Source: Patescibacteria group bacterium (lineage in GTDB: Bacteria; Patescibacteriota; Patescibacteriia; UBA10025). From it: a stretch of DNA of 64,000 nucleotides. Below are positions 55,204-64,000 of the stretch, in pieces. The notes under the pieces are model-generated. The model was not told the origin of the DNA. It was given only the letters and a program-made list of their open reading frames with translations, and ran no database searches. The translations under genes were made by a program, and so were the position numbers. Position 1 is the stretch's first letter. Each line of letters starts with the position of its first letter. The stretch is from NCBI GenBank assembly GCA_042570925.1, contig JBHPFX010000001.1, forward strand, positions 52,397 to 116,396, written 5' to 3'.

Positions 55204-56835
55204 TTGTTTAATACAGTACGAAAAAACCTCACTTCTGGGAGGCAAGAAGATAAGCCTATAGACTTTGACTCGCTTCCACAGCTCCTTACTCTTGAACAGG
55301 TAAGTGAGTTTCTTGGTGTACACCCAAATACGCTCAGGAATTGGGATGCAAATGGTAAGTTGCGTGCAGTGAGAGTAGGGAAGCGACGCGACCGTAGATA
55401 TGATAAGAAAGATGTACGCATCCTGTATCTCGCAAAAAACGGATTAGATGATGTTCAGCAAGAACCCGAGGTTGCTGGTGATGAGCCAAAGAAAGAGTTG
55501 GCGCCTGTTAAGAAACCAGTGTTCAATTGGTCAATGGTTCATCTTGTCATTGCCGCACTTTTTCTTCATGTCGCAGTTGCTGCAAATGACACCCCTGGAC
55601 TTGTGCTTGGCACCCAGATTGAGATGTACAGGCTCGAACCCGCTAATTGTACCGGTTGGACAAATGCAGAGCATGCAAAACGAATAAATGCACTGTCAAC
55701 ATCCGCCCTATCTGACTTCAATGAGGGAGTATCTGCCTATTACTCCACATCAAAGCTTTTTCCGGTAGAAGACGATATGGCTGAATCGCTTCAAGCTCCG
55801 GTTTCAGATATCGTGTGTTCCGGTTATCTGTTACCAGAAGATGTATCCACAGAAACAGTGCCGGAATACGTATCATTAAACGAAGCCCGGGTACTCATAT
55901 CAATGGGTGCAAAAAGCTTCAAAGGAAATGAAGACGTTTTGTCATTCTCTTACTCTCTTGATGGACAAACATGGATTCCACTAGATTCTTTCGGAATACT
56001 TGACGAGATGAGCAACTCAACACACGAAGGTTACTGGGCATTTCCAATACGGGTTGATTCTTTTGAAGAAATTTCTCAAATACAAGTAAAAGCCGATTAC
56101 AATGCTGTGCCAGCAATTGAAGAATCGCTGGTATATGTAGACGGAATAATAATTGAAGCTGATATCGGCGAATTGGATAAGACATCAAAGAATATTGTTG
56201 ACAGCGTGAAAGTAGAAAAGAGAGATTACGATGTATCAGAGAATCCTGTTGTATCAATTGATGTTGAGGAGCGCTCAGCCCTGTCATTTATCGGCATAGG
56301 CACCACGGAAAGAACAGTGAAAGAAGCAACTCTTACGAGACCTGACGGAACCCAAAAGATTGTTGCGTTAGAAGAAAAAGAGGTACAGGAAGGGGATATC
56401 AAGCGGGTTGAATACTCTGTGTCAAAAGATGAGCTGGCTCGCGGAGGGGAGTATGAACTGAGCTTTAGCGTCGAGCAGGATGGGGAAGTTGAAATAGTTA
56501 CAAAAAGTTTTTCATGGGGCGTGCTGGCAATAAACCCTGATCAATCTGTATATCGCCCGGGCGATCTTTCAATATTATCGATCGGAGTATTGGATGATAA
56601 GGGGGGTATTGTATGCGATGCAGACATTGAGCTTCTCATCACTGATCCAAATGGAAAAATTCTACCCAAAATGACTACGGAAAATGGCGGTATCGCAGTT
56701 TCCGACAAGTGCCATATCAAGGATATCTACTTCGAACCCGATTATTCAGCGTACTTTCGACCAAAAATTTCCGGTACGTACAATATTCAACTCACCGCAA
56801 CCCACGTGAATGGTACGCATACGATCAGCCAATGA
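55204..56835 (+). CDS. membrane-spanning protein with N-terminal cytoplasmic MerR/excisionase-type HTH and large extracytoplasmic domain
   Basis: HTH_17-like segment (LTLEQVSEFLGVHPNTLRNWDANGKLRAVRVGKRRDRRYDKKDV), one TM helix (WSMVHLVIAALFLHVAVAA) and about 430 aa outside the membrane. The stop overlaps the start of the giant gene (ATGA). Confidence 0.6.
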   Translation: MFNTVRKNLTSGRQEDKPIDFDSLPQLLTLEQVSEFLGVHPNTLRNWDANGKLRAVRVGKRRDRRYDKKDVRILYLAKNGLDDVQQEPEVAGDEPKKELAPVKKPVFNWSMVHLVIAALFLHVAVAANDTPGLVLGTQIEMYRLEPANCTGWTNAEHAKRINALSTSALSDFNEGVSAYYSTSKLFPVEDDMAESLQAPVSDIVCSGYLLPEDVSTETVPEYVSLNEARVLISMGAKSFKGNEDVLSFSYSLDGQTWIPLDSFGILDEMSNSTHEGYWAFPIRVDSFEEISQIQVKADYNAVPAIEESLVYVDGIIIEADIGELDKTSKNIVDSVKVEKRDYDVSENPVVSIDVEERSALSFIGIGTTERTVKEATLTRPDGTQKIVALEEKEVQEGDIKRVEYSVSKDELARGGEYELSFSVEQDGEVEIVTKSFSWGVLAINPDQSVYRPGDLSILSIGVLDDKGGIVCDADIELLITDPNGKILPKMTTENGGIAVSDKCHIKDIYFEPDYSAYFRPKISGTYNIQLTATHVNGTHTISQ

Positions 56836-59800
56836 CTTTGGAGGTTACAGCGTATAAGGACTTTACCGGAGAGATCATTGAGCGAGTTCCGCGTGAATTT
56901 GGCGTCGAAGTGGAGTACGGAGGTGCGAGCAGAGACATAGAAGGTGTACTTGAATTAGTGTGGGACACTTCAATATCTAAGGGAGATACCATCACCCTTG
57001 GTTATACATTTAAATCACCGGAAGTGAGCCCCGCATTGTATCATCTTGGTCCGGCAACAATTGGAGAATGGTCTGAAGGGCGTGAGTGGCAGTTGGCAAT
57101 TGATCCAACATACATGTATCTCTATTGGGATGGAGCCGGTCCGCCTACTGGATGGTCGGTTGTTTCAACATATGATGGTAAATTTGCCCGTGGTGAAACT
57201 GCTGCAAATTTCGGTATAACTAGTGGAAATGCAACTCACACTCCTACCATAGCTACTCAATCGCCTACAAGTCAGCCAGGTACAACAAAATTGGCAAATT
57301 CTGGATTTGGTTATTCAAATGCTTCTGGCACTCACACACACGCTGTTATTGGAACGACAATTGGATCGGCAAACAATCTTCCGGCGTACAGGGATTTAAT
57401 CCTAATTAAGAATGATACTGGAATTCCTGCCACGATCCCTGGTGGTGGTATCGCATTTTTTGATGACGATCCTGGTTTACCTGGGGCGGATTGGACCAGG
57501 CAGAGTGCTCAAGACGCAAAAATGACTCGCACAAATAGCTCGGTCGCAACTGCTGGCTCTGATACCCATACCCATACTATTACCTGGGCTGCACCTGCTA
57601 GTGGTCGAGCGGGGGCTTTTCATGAGGACAATTGTATAAAAGGTGGATCTGCCGTGACCCACGGACATACAGCACCATCAGCTGGTGCGACTACAGGCAT
57701 GTCCGCTCTACCCCCCTATATCGAAGTAATTGTCGGAAAGGCCGATTCAGATACTTCGGTTCCTTCAGGAATAATACCGATGTTTGACGCCGATCCAGGA
57801 GCTGGATGGGATCTACGTTCAGATTCTGGGGATGATTTCTATCAGAACTTTGTTCGAGGGGCAGCTGCGTATAACGGATCATCCCAAGGTGCTACTACGC
57901 ATAATCATGCGCAGGAGACAAGTGGAAACACTGGGTCGGGTGGAAGTGTTAATGGCGGATGTGGAAGTGGAACAGTTACGCTTGCGGGGAGTAATCACAA
58001 TCACACAGAAACAGTTACCTTTACCACAGGTACCGACAACATGCCGGAGTATTGGAACGTCGTATATGCAGAAATGGCGACAACGGCCGATACCGTTTCA
58101 GGGTCTGTGAAGGGGACGGATGAATCAAGCTTTATTGGCAATCCTCCTTGTGATGGTGTGACTGCTGCGGTTTCACTTAAAATAAACGGAGCTGGCACTG
58201 ACACGACGGACTGCGATAACACAACGGGCAATTACGAGTTCTCTGGCCTTACTTTTAGTGCGGGCGATACGGTATCAGTCTACCTAAATAGTAATTCTAC
58301 TGAGAAAGCTAATTTGAATATGGTTATCGGGTCGGCGAACGTCACGGATGCGGACTTATATGAGGAAAAAGTAATAGTGCGTGACGAAAACGATGGAACA
58401 TCCACTATTTTGGATATGGTCGATTATGATAATGATCAAAATTCGACTGATATGCTCTTTGATGCCGATGATCTTGCTACGGATACACTCAGTACCGAAT
58501 CAGGCAAAGAACTTCATATATGGACCGGCGATACGCTCGATCCAAATGGCGATGTAGATACAGGTAGTGATATTCATATTGATGATAGCGCGACAATGAA
58601 TCTCGATACTGCTACGTCGACCATTGGAGGCGATATCGACGTTGATACAAGCGCGACATTGAATGTCAGTGCGAGTGCTACGGTTAATGGAAATGATGTT
58701 ACAACTACCGGAGCGGTAAATCATTCCGCGGGAACTTTTACTATTGGTGATAGCACGACCGAAGACTTTATTGTAAATGGCGGGACGGTAACATTGAGCG
58801 GCGGCACGACAGTCTTAAAGGATGATTTTGACATTAATGGCGGAACGATCACGATCAGCAATACCATGAATATTAATGGAAACTCTGCTGCAATTGTCGA
58901 TCAAGATGGTGGAACTTTAAACATCAATGCCGGAGCTGATGTAAATGCTCTTGGTGCAAATGCTACGTATGCTATTGATGGTGCGAGTACTATCCTAAAT
59001 CTTAATGGCGGATCTTTTGATTTGGGTCAGTATTGGTTTAATAATGAGGGGACGGTTAATCTGAACGGCGGTGATCATAATATCGGGACAGGGGGACAAT
59101 TTCGATTTGGAAATGCCGCAGGAAAGGGGAATGTGATGGACTTCAATATGACTGGTGGGGAGATTACAACGCCAATCATGTATACATTTGATACGAGTAC
59201 GTTAACTACGACAACAGTGACTGGAGGTACTATCAATCTCGGTGTTGACGGAGTCAGCGATGTAATTGGTGAACAAAATACTGATAGTCATGAGTTTTAT
59301 AACTTTGTAATTGAAGAAAATGCGTCGTTTTGGGCATCAAGTACGGTACCTCTCAATCTTGTCGGATCGTTTACCATTAATAATGGAAAATCATTTGATG
59401 CAAACGCGGAGATGATCGTTGCTTCTGGTGGGTGGGTGAATAACGGGACATACACGTATGACACAAGCACAGTGACGCTTCTTGGAGGTAATATCAGCGG
59501 TACATCTGACACAACTTTCTATAACCTGAATATTGGTGATGCAACAACCACCGGGACAGTAACTTTGACCGGCACGGATGATCCGATTGTCAATGGTACG
59601 CTTGATGTTGATGCGGGCGATACTTTAAGCATTGGCGCAAGCCGCACTGTCCAGTCAAATAGTACCGGCTCACTCACTTTAGATGGAACGATATCCGGAG
59701 CAGGGAAACTTATCTATGAGCCAGCAGCCGCGTTCCCGACGTCTGGCACCATTTCTTCCATCCTACGATTTGATACGACAGTCAATAACCAGACAATGGG

Positions 59801-62800
59801 TGCCACGAGAACATACGGCGGGGCAGTGGAAATTTATAACAACAGCGCATCAGCTCGAAGTGTGACCGGAGCTGCAGGTACGATTACCATGTCGTCCACT
59901 CTTGATATTTCGAGGGACGGAGCAGGTGGAGTGACACTTGAACTCAACACGAATGATCCGACTACAATTATTGGGGATGATGTCACTATCGGTGTAGGGA
60001 CCACTCTGTCTGCAAACAGTGCAAATGGAATCACCATGAATGGGAGCTTTACGAATAGCGGGACATTTACGAGTAATAATGGAACCGTTACATTCGGATC
60101 CGGATCACCCGAGAACATTACAACTGGTGGAGGTAGTGGACAATTCTACAATCTTACGTTCGATGGTACAGGCCCATGGACACCGCTAGCAAATGAAATC
60201 AGAGTGGGTGGCGACCTTCACATGGTGGCAGGTACTCTTCAAGGTTCTCAAGATTTATGGGCGTTCGGAGATATAGAATGTAATGGTACATGCGGGACTA
60301 TCACCTTTAGCAATAATTCAGTATTCATTATGGGTGCTGGACAAAATATCGGCACTAATGTAGCTGAGGGAGATGTATGGACATTTCATAATCTTGACTT
60401 TATAGGAGGCAATGTGACATTCAATGGATCTGGGACTGGCACAATTATCGTCAATGGCACTATGCAATTTGTAACAGGAACAGCTGATAACGAAACAAAT
60501 GATCGGAATATTGATGTTGTTGATGTGATAATTGCTGGCGGGACATATCAGGCATCATCATCGGCTACGTTTAAAGTATCGGGTAGCTGGACAAAAAATT
60601 CAGGGACTTTTACCCCAAACAGCGGCACGATTACATTTGATAATGACGGAGCTTCAATAGGGGGTTCTCAAGGTACCAATTTTAATAACCTTACTATTGA
60701 TCCCGCGGCTCCTCATACTAGTCCAGGTACAGTATCAATTGACATTTCTAGTGGCTATATACTCGTTAATGACACATTAAACATTGCATCAAATGATTCG
60801 GTATCGATAGCAGTAAATGATATGCTCACTATCGCTGGGGAAACAGGGTCGATAACACTCAACGGTACTATCGAAGGAAGCGGAATACTCCGCTACTGGC
60901 CAACATCAGGCTTTCCAGATACCGGAACAGTCTCTTCTATTGTTAGATATGATACATCATATGGAACAGGTCACACGATTACAGACCGAACCTATGATGG
61001 AGATGTAGAGTTCGTAGGTTACATTTCAGCTAAGACACAGACTGCAGATGCCGGCACTTTTATCTTTAACGGGGACGTGCTTATTGATTATCTTTCCGCG
61101 TCACATATCGTGGACTTTATCACCAATGATCCCGATGTCACGATCGAAGGATCATTGACCATTGAAGCTTCGAGTGTGTTTCAAGCACCGAGCTCATTGA
61201 CGCTTAATGGTGATTATTCTAACAGTGGGACGTTTACCGATGGCAGTGGAACGGTGACACTCGATGGATCAGGACAACAGACTTTATCAGGCACGATGAC
61301 AGGGGAGTCAGAATTTAATGATTTAACAATTACAAATAACTCGGGAAGTTATGCGGGTTCATGTGGTACTCCAACGTATAGTGTCATCTTCGCAGCTGCC
61401 GCAACTATTAATGGTACCTATGAAATTACGACTGCAGGTGTGAGAGTCCAATACCTTGCCGGAGCTAATTATACCGTAAACGGAGAAATCAATTGGACGG
61501 GTAGCGGAGGGGATAGTAATCTAATAGTTTTTAGAAGCTCAACTACCAGTGTATGGAATCTCATTGTTGATGCTGGGGCTACCCAAACGGCTGTGTCATA
61601 TGTAGATGTTTCTTATTCATATGCGGATGGCGGAGCTACCATTGATGCTGACGACGGTACTAACATCAACTGTCTCAATAACTCCGAATGGGACTTTGAT
61701 GCTCTGCGGAATATTTCGGGTTATGTCAAAGGAACAGACGAGTCAAGTCACATCGGTAATCCTCCATGCGATAATTTAACAAATAATATCGGTCTACGAA
61801 TAAATGGCGGCTCAGAATTTTTAGAAGAATGTTCAAATGCAGGAGAAACTGGAAGTAGGGATTTTTACTTTGCAAATTTGGACGTCGTGCCCGGTGATAA
61901 AATTACGATTTATATAAAAGGCGAAACAGAGAAAGCCAATCTTGTTTTGGTAGCATCAGGAACAGATGTGAATGATCTAGAGCTTTATGAAGATAGAGTT
62001 ATTGTACGAGACGATAATGATGGAACAATGAATGTTATTGATACAAATACATGGGATAACGGCGACGACTCTGCAAATATGCTTTTTACCGCAACTGATG
62101 CATCTCCCGATACGCTCAGTGTTGAGGCCAACTACGAACTGCACGTGTGGACGGGTGATACACTTGATTCGGAGGGGACTATCACGACGCAAGGGACGGG
62201 AGATGTCCATGTAGATGACAATGCGACGATGTATTTTGACAATGCGACGAATACGGTTGCCGATGACATATTTGTGGATGCTGGAGCGATAGCATATATT
62301 GATGCAAATACATTTGTGAATGGGGGTTCCATTACTACTACTTCTACTGGTGTAGTTGATACAAGTTCAGGTACTCCTACAGTTACCATGTTTACATCGG
62401 GTGCGATAGGTGGAGGCAGTGGAGATATCACCATCTATGATCTTGCAACTATAGGGGGTGGGACAACTTCAATAACCGGTACGGGAACGAATACTATTAG
62501 CAACGGAATTTCCGTTGGAGATGGGACTACTTTAGATATCCAACAATCACTTTCAGTTGATAGTGTTGGTTTGGGTGATTTTGCTACAGCTGGTAGTGGA
62601 TCTGTCACCACAACGTCGGGTACTCCACTCGTTACCTTAGGAAGTGGCTGTGACATCGGAGGTGGCTCAGGATCAATTACGTTTCACGATCTTACCTTTG
62701 GTATAGGTACCCATACTTTTAGTTCTGATTTCACGGTAAATAATGACTTAACATTTGGTGCAGGTGGAGTTATTTCAGAATTAACAAGCACTGTGACCAT

Positions 62801-64000
62801 GGCAGGCACTGATGGTACGGGTACGCTGATAGGAGACAATGAACATCTCTATAATCTCACTATTGACCGCCCGGGCTTAGCGACTAATATCTCTCTTTCC
62901 TCATCCGACATCGGAATAACAAACAATCTCGTTGTCGAAACCGATGATACCTTCACAATTGGTACCGGACGTACGGCATATTGGTATGGAGACGGCTTCA
63001 CACTTAATGGAACTATAAGTGGAGATGGAAAGTTACAAGTAGAAACTACTAGTCCTATTGCCACAACTGGAACGTTTTCAGCCGATATATATTATGACGC
63101 GACTGATTATGCAGAAATGCAAATGTCAGCCCGAACGTATGGCGGTGACGTGACGATTTATAATGATCTTGCCCAAGACGTGATTCCCGGAGGCTGTACA
63201 GGGGGTGAGCACATTCCCTACTACAACGATGATAATAAACATTTCGTACAAGTTACCCACGCAATAGGCGAGCAAAAGGTTATCATGCTTGCCGGCTCGC
63301 ATGTCATTTCCGGCAATTTATATATGAATGCAAATGATGACTGCGATATTTGGCTGAGTGGCACTGAATACAATCCAACAGTGACTATCAATGGCAGTAT
63401 CGAATATCTTAGCGCCCCTCTTGATGGTAGAGAAGAAATATACACAGGTGCGTCAAACACCTGGACAGTAAAAAATGATATTAGTATCTCCGTTGGGGAC
63501 TTTAGAGCTGATCCAACGAGTACCCTCGTGCTTGATGGTTCAGCAGACGGCTCAGCCACAATTACGTCGGGTGGTTCAAACACCGAATATGGAAATCTGA
63601 CATTATCCGGGGGAAATATAACGTTTTCAGATAGTTATCATCAAGTTTATGGAAATCTGGACATGACGGGTGCGAGTTCTATTATTCCCGGTTCTTCAGA
63701 TATTTGGATGAGAGGCAGTTCAAAAAATATTATTGGAGCGAATAGGACGCTTTATGACCTAACTATTAATCCGGTTTCTACAAGCACGATCACACTTCAG
63801 AATTCCGATCTTACTGTCTCAAATGAGTTGACGGTGAGTGATGGGGATACTCTGACAATCGCATCAGGCAGGACACTGACTCATCTTGGTCCCGATATCA
63901 TTCTTACCGGATCGCCGGGTGGCACTATCACCGGGGCAGGAACATTACAATTTACGAGTGCATCTGGTGGACCCAGTGCTGATGGAATAATTAGTTCGGT
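56832..64000 (+). CDS. giant repetitive cell-surface protein (partial, >2380 aa; phage-tail-collar-like domains, CarbopepD_reg-like domains and beta-helix-like Gly/Thr/Asn repeats)
   Basis: The frame is continuous from the ATG at 56832 to the window end, which I verified at several points. Only short shadow ORFs occur on the other strand. There are HTH/HNH motif repeats (GTHTHAVIG, SDTHTHTITW, THNHAQE), two copies of a roughly 180-aa module (~58100–58640 and ~61718–62250), and GGTxTLxG repeats. Confidence 0.75.
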   Translation, partial: MTLEVTAYKDFTGEIIERVPREFGVEVEYGGASRDIEGVLELVWDTSISKGDTITLGYTFKSPEVSPALYHLGPATIGEWSEGREWQLAIDPTYMYLYWDGAGPPTGWSVVSTYDGKFARGETAANFGITSGNATHTPTIATQSPTSQPGTTKLANSGFGYSNASGTHTHAVIGTTIGSANNLPAYRDLILIKNDTGIPATIPGGGIAFFDDDPGLPGADWTRQSAQDAKMTRTNSSVATAGSDTHTHTITWAAPASGRAGAFHEDNCIKGGSAVTHGHTAPSAGATTGMSALPPYIEVIVGKADSDTSVPSGIIPMFDADPGAGWDLRSDSGDDFYQNFVRGAAAYNGSSQGATTHNHAQETSGNTGSGGSVNGGCGSGTVTLAGSNHNHTETVTFTTGTDNMPEYWNVVYAEMATTADTVSGSVKGTDESSFIGNPPCDGVTAAVSLKINGAGTDTTDCDNTTGNYEFSGLTFSAGDTVSVYLNSNSTEKANLNMVIGSANVTDADLYEEKVIVRDENDGTSTILDMVDYDNDQNSTDMLFDADDLATDTLSTESGKELHIWTGDTLDPNGDVDTGSDIHIDDSATMNLDTATSTIGGDIDVDTSATLNVSASATVNGNDVTTTGAVNHSAGTFTIGDSTTEDFIVNGGTVTLSGGTTVLKDDFDINGGTITISNTMNINGNSAAIVDQDGGTLNINAGADVNALGANATYAIDGASTILNLNGGSFDLGQYWFNNEGTVNLNGGDHNIGTGGQFRFGNAAGKGNVMDFNMTGGEITTPIMYTFDTSTLTTTTVTGGTINLGVDGVSDVIGEQNTDSHEFYNFVIEENASFWASSTVPLNLVGSFTINNGKSFDANAEMIVASGGWVNNGTYTYDTSTVTLLGGNISGTSDTTFYNLNIGDATTTGTVTLTGTDDPIVNGTLDVDAGDTLSIGASRTVQSNSTGSLTLDGTISGAGKLIYEPAAAFPTSGTISSILRFDTTVNNQTMGATRTYGGAVEIYNNSASARSVTGAAGTITMSSTLDISRDGAGGVTLELNTNDPTTIIGDDVTIGVGTTLSANSANGITMNGSFTNSGTFTSNNGTVTFGSGSPENITTGGGSGQFYNLTFDGTGPWTPLANEIRVGGDLHMVAGTLQGSQDLWAFGDIECNGTCGTITFSNNSVFIMGAGQNIGTNVAEGDVWTFHNLDFIGGNVTFNGSGTGTIIVNGTMQFVTGTADNETNDRNIDVVDVIIAGGTYQASSSATFKVSGSWTKNSGTFTPNSGTITFDNDGASIGGSQGTNFNNLTIDPAAPHTSPGTVSIDISSGYILVNDTLNIASNDSVSIAVNDMLTIAGETGSITLNGTIEGSGILRYWPTSGFPDTGTVSSIVRYDTSYGTGHTITDRTYDGDVEFVGYISAKTQTADAGTFIFNGDVLIDYLSASHIVDFITNDPDVTIEGSLTIEASSVFQAPSSLTLNGDYSNSGTFTDGSGTVTLDGSGQQTLSGTMTGESEFNDLTITNNSGSYAGSCGTPTYSVIFAAAATINGTYEITTAGVRVQYLAGANYTVNGEINWTGSGGDSNLIVFRSSTTSVWNLIVDAGATQTAVSYVDVSYSYADGGATIDADDGTNINCLNNSEWDFDALRNISGYVKGTDESSHIGNPPCDNLTNNIGLRINGGSEFLEECSNAGETGSRDFYFANLDVVPGDKITIYIKGETEKANLVLVASGTDVNDLELYEDRVIVRDDNDGTMNVIDTNTWDNGDDSANMLFTATDASPDTLSVEANYELHVWTGDTLDSEGTITTQGTGDVHVDDNATMYFDNATNTVADDIFVDAGAIAYIDANTFVNGGSITTTSTGVVDTSSGTPTVTMFTSGAIGGGSGDITIYDLATIGGGTTSITGTGTNTISNGISVGDGTTLDIQQSLSVDSVGLGDFATAGSGSVTTTSGTPLVTLGSGCDIGGGSGSITFHDLTFGIGTHTFSSDFTVNNDLTFGAGGVISELTSTVTMAGTDGTGTLIGDNEHLYNLTIDRPGLATNISLSSSDIGITNNLVVETDDTFTIGTGRTAYWYGDGFTLNGTISGDGKLQVETTSPIATTGTFSADIYYDATDYAEMQMSARTYGGDVTIYNDLAQDVIPGGCTGGEHIPYYNDDNKHFVQVTHAIGEQKVIMLAGSHVISGNLYMNANDDCDIWLSGTEYNPTVTINGSIEYLSAPLDGREEIYTGASNTWTVKNDISISVGDFRADPTSTLVLDGSADGSATITSGGSNTEYGNLTLSGGNITFSDSYHQVYGNLDMTGASSIIPGSSDIWMRGSSKNIIGANRTLYDLTINPVSTSTITLQNSDLTVSNELTVSDGDTLTIASGRTLTHLGPDIILTGSPGGTITGAGTLQFTSASGGPSADGIISS

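Noticed and set aside
57477-63583. Short minus-strand ORFs (e.g. 59834..60118, 62132..62434, 63221..63583) inside the giant gene
   Set aside because: The + frame is continuously open across the whole region, with domain-level repeat structure. The antisense ORFs are Val/Pro/Thr-rich shadows.
1-64000. CRISPR arrays or alternative genetic code (UGA as Gly, as in some CPR)
   Set aside because: There are no regularly spaced direct repeats of 20–40 nt. The tandem repeats found are coding or palindromic singletons. Genes end at TGA at the lengths expected from homologues (lgt, ccdA, the 55204 gene), so standard code 11 fits.

Overview
The window is AT-rich (roughly 40% GC by eye) and gene-dense, with short intergenic spacers and strong hairpin/T-run terminators. 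The gene content looks like a small, reduced-metabolism bacterium with a complex cell envelope. The best fit is a Patescibacteria/CPR-type organism: many membrane or secreted proteins, a sortase-like gene, a PMT-type glycosyltransferase, an AMP phosphorylase (DeoA-like), an LCP protein, a giant surface protein, and almost no biosynthetic genes. Standard code 11 appears to be used, since TGA terminates genes at the expected lengths.

From 5' to 3' the window contains:
- An extracytoplasmic thiol-redox module (ArsR regulator, DUF378, TlpA-like thioredoxin, CcdA, secreted protein), followed by an ABC-2 transporter pair and sodA.
- A membrane-anchored S1 protease, an 802-aa beta-propeller protein and a PspC/LiaG-like envelope-stress pair.
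- Ferric-reductase-like membrane proteins, a CBS-domain CorC/HlyC transporter, a macro-domain protein, HU and a phosphodiester glycosidase.
- ispH, a sortase-like protein with Ser in place of the catalytic Cys, nth, corA, the AMP phosphorylase and a small ferredoxin.
- A suf cluster (sufC-sufB … sufD-sufS-sufU) that is interrupted by an antisense GT39 glycosyltransferase, then a DUF457 hydrolase, two DsbA-like proteins and lgt.
- A tRNA cluster (fMet, Met/Ile2-CAU and Leu-CAA) with tRNA-fragment duplicates and an adjacent structured element.
- parA-parB, an O-antigen-ligase/TPR membrane protein, a short Rel (RSH) enzyme, trxB, topA, dprA, mfd, pth, der and an LCP protein.
- A MerR/excisionase-type HTH fused to a transmembrane and extracellular domain. 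This gene is translationally coupled (ATGA overlap) to a giant surface protein of more than 2380 aa that runs off the window. That protein carries phage-tail-collar-like and CarbopepD_reg-like domains and long beta-helix-like repeats.

The most unusual signals are:
- Three GC-rich islands (about 11.1–11.75 kb, 41.3–43.8 kb and 50.87–51.59 kb) in an otherwise AT-rich context. The middle one encodes two Thr/Ala-rich secreted proteins with foreign-looking composition.
- A three-copy intergenic repeat family of about 120–150 nt, two of whose copies abut GC islands.
- A 109-bp palindromic MITE-like element.
- tRNA-derived minihelix and duplicate fragments.
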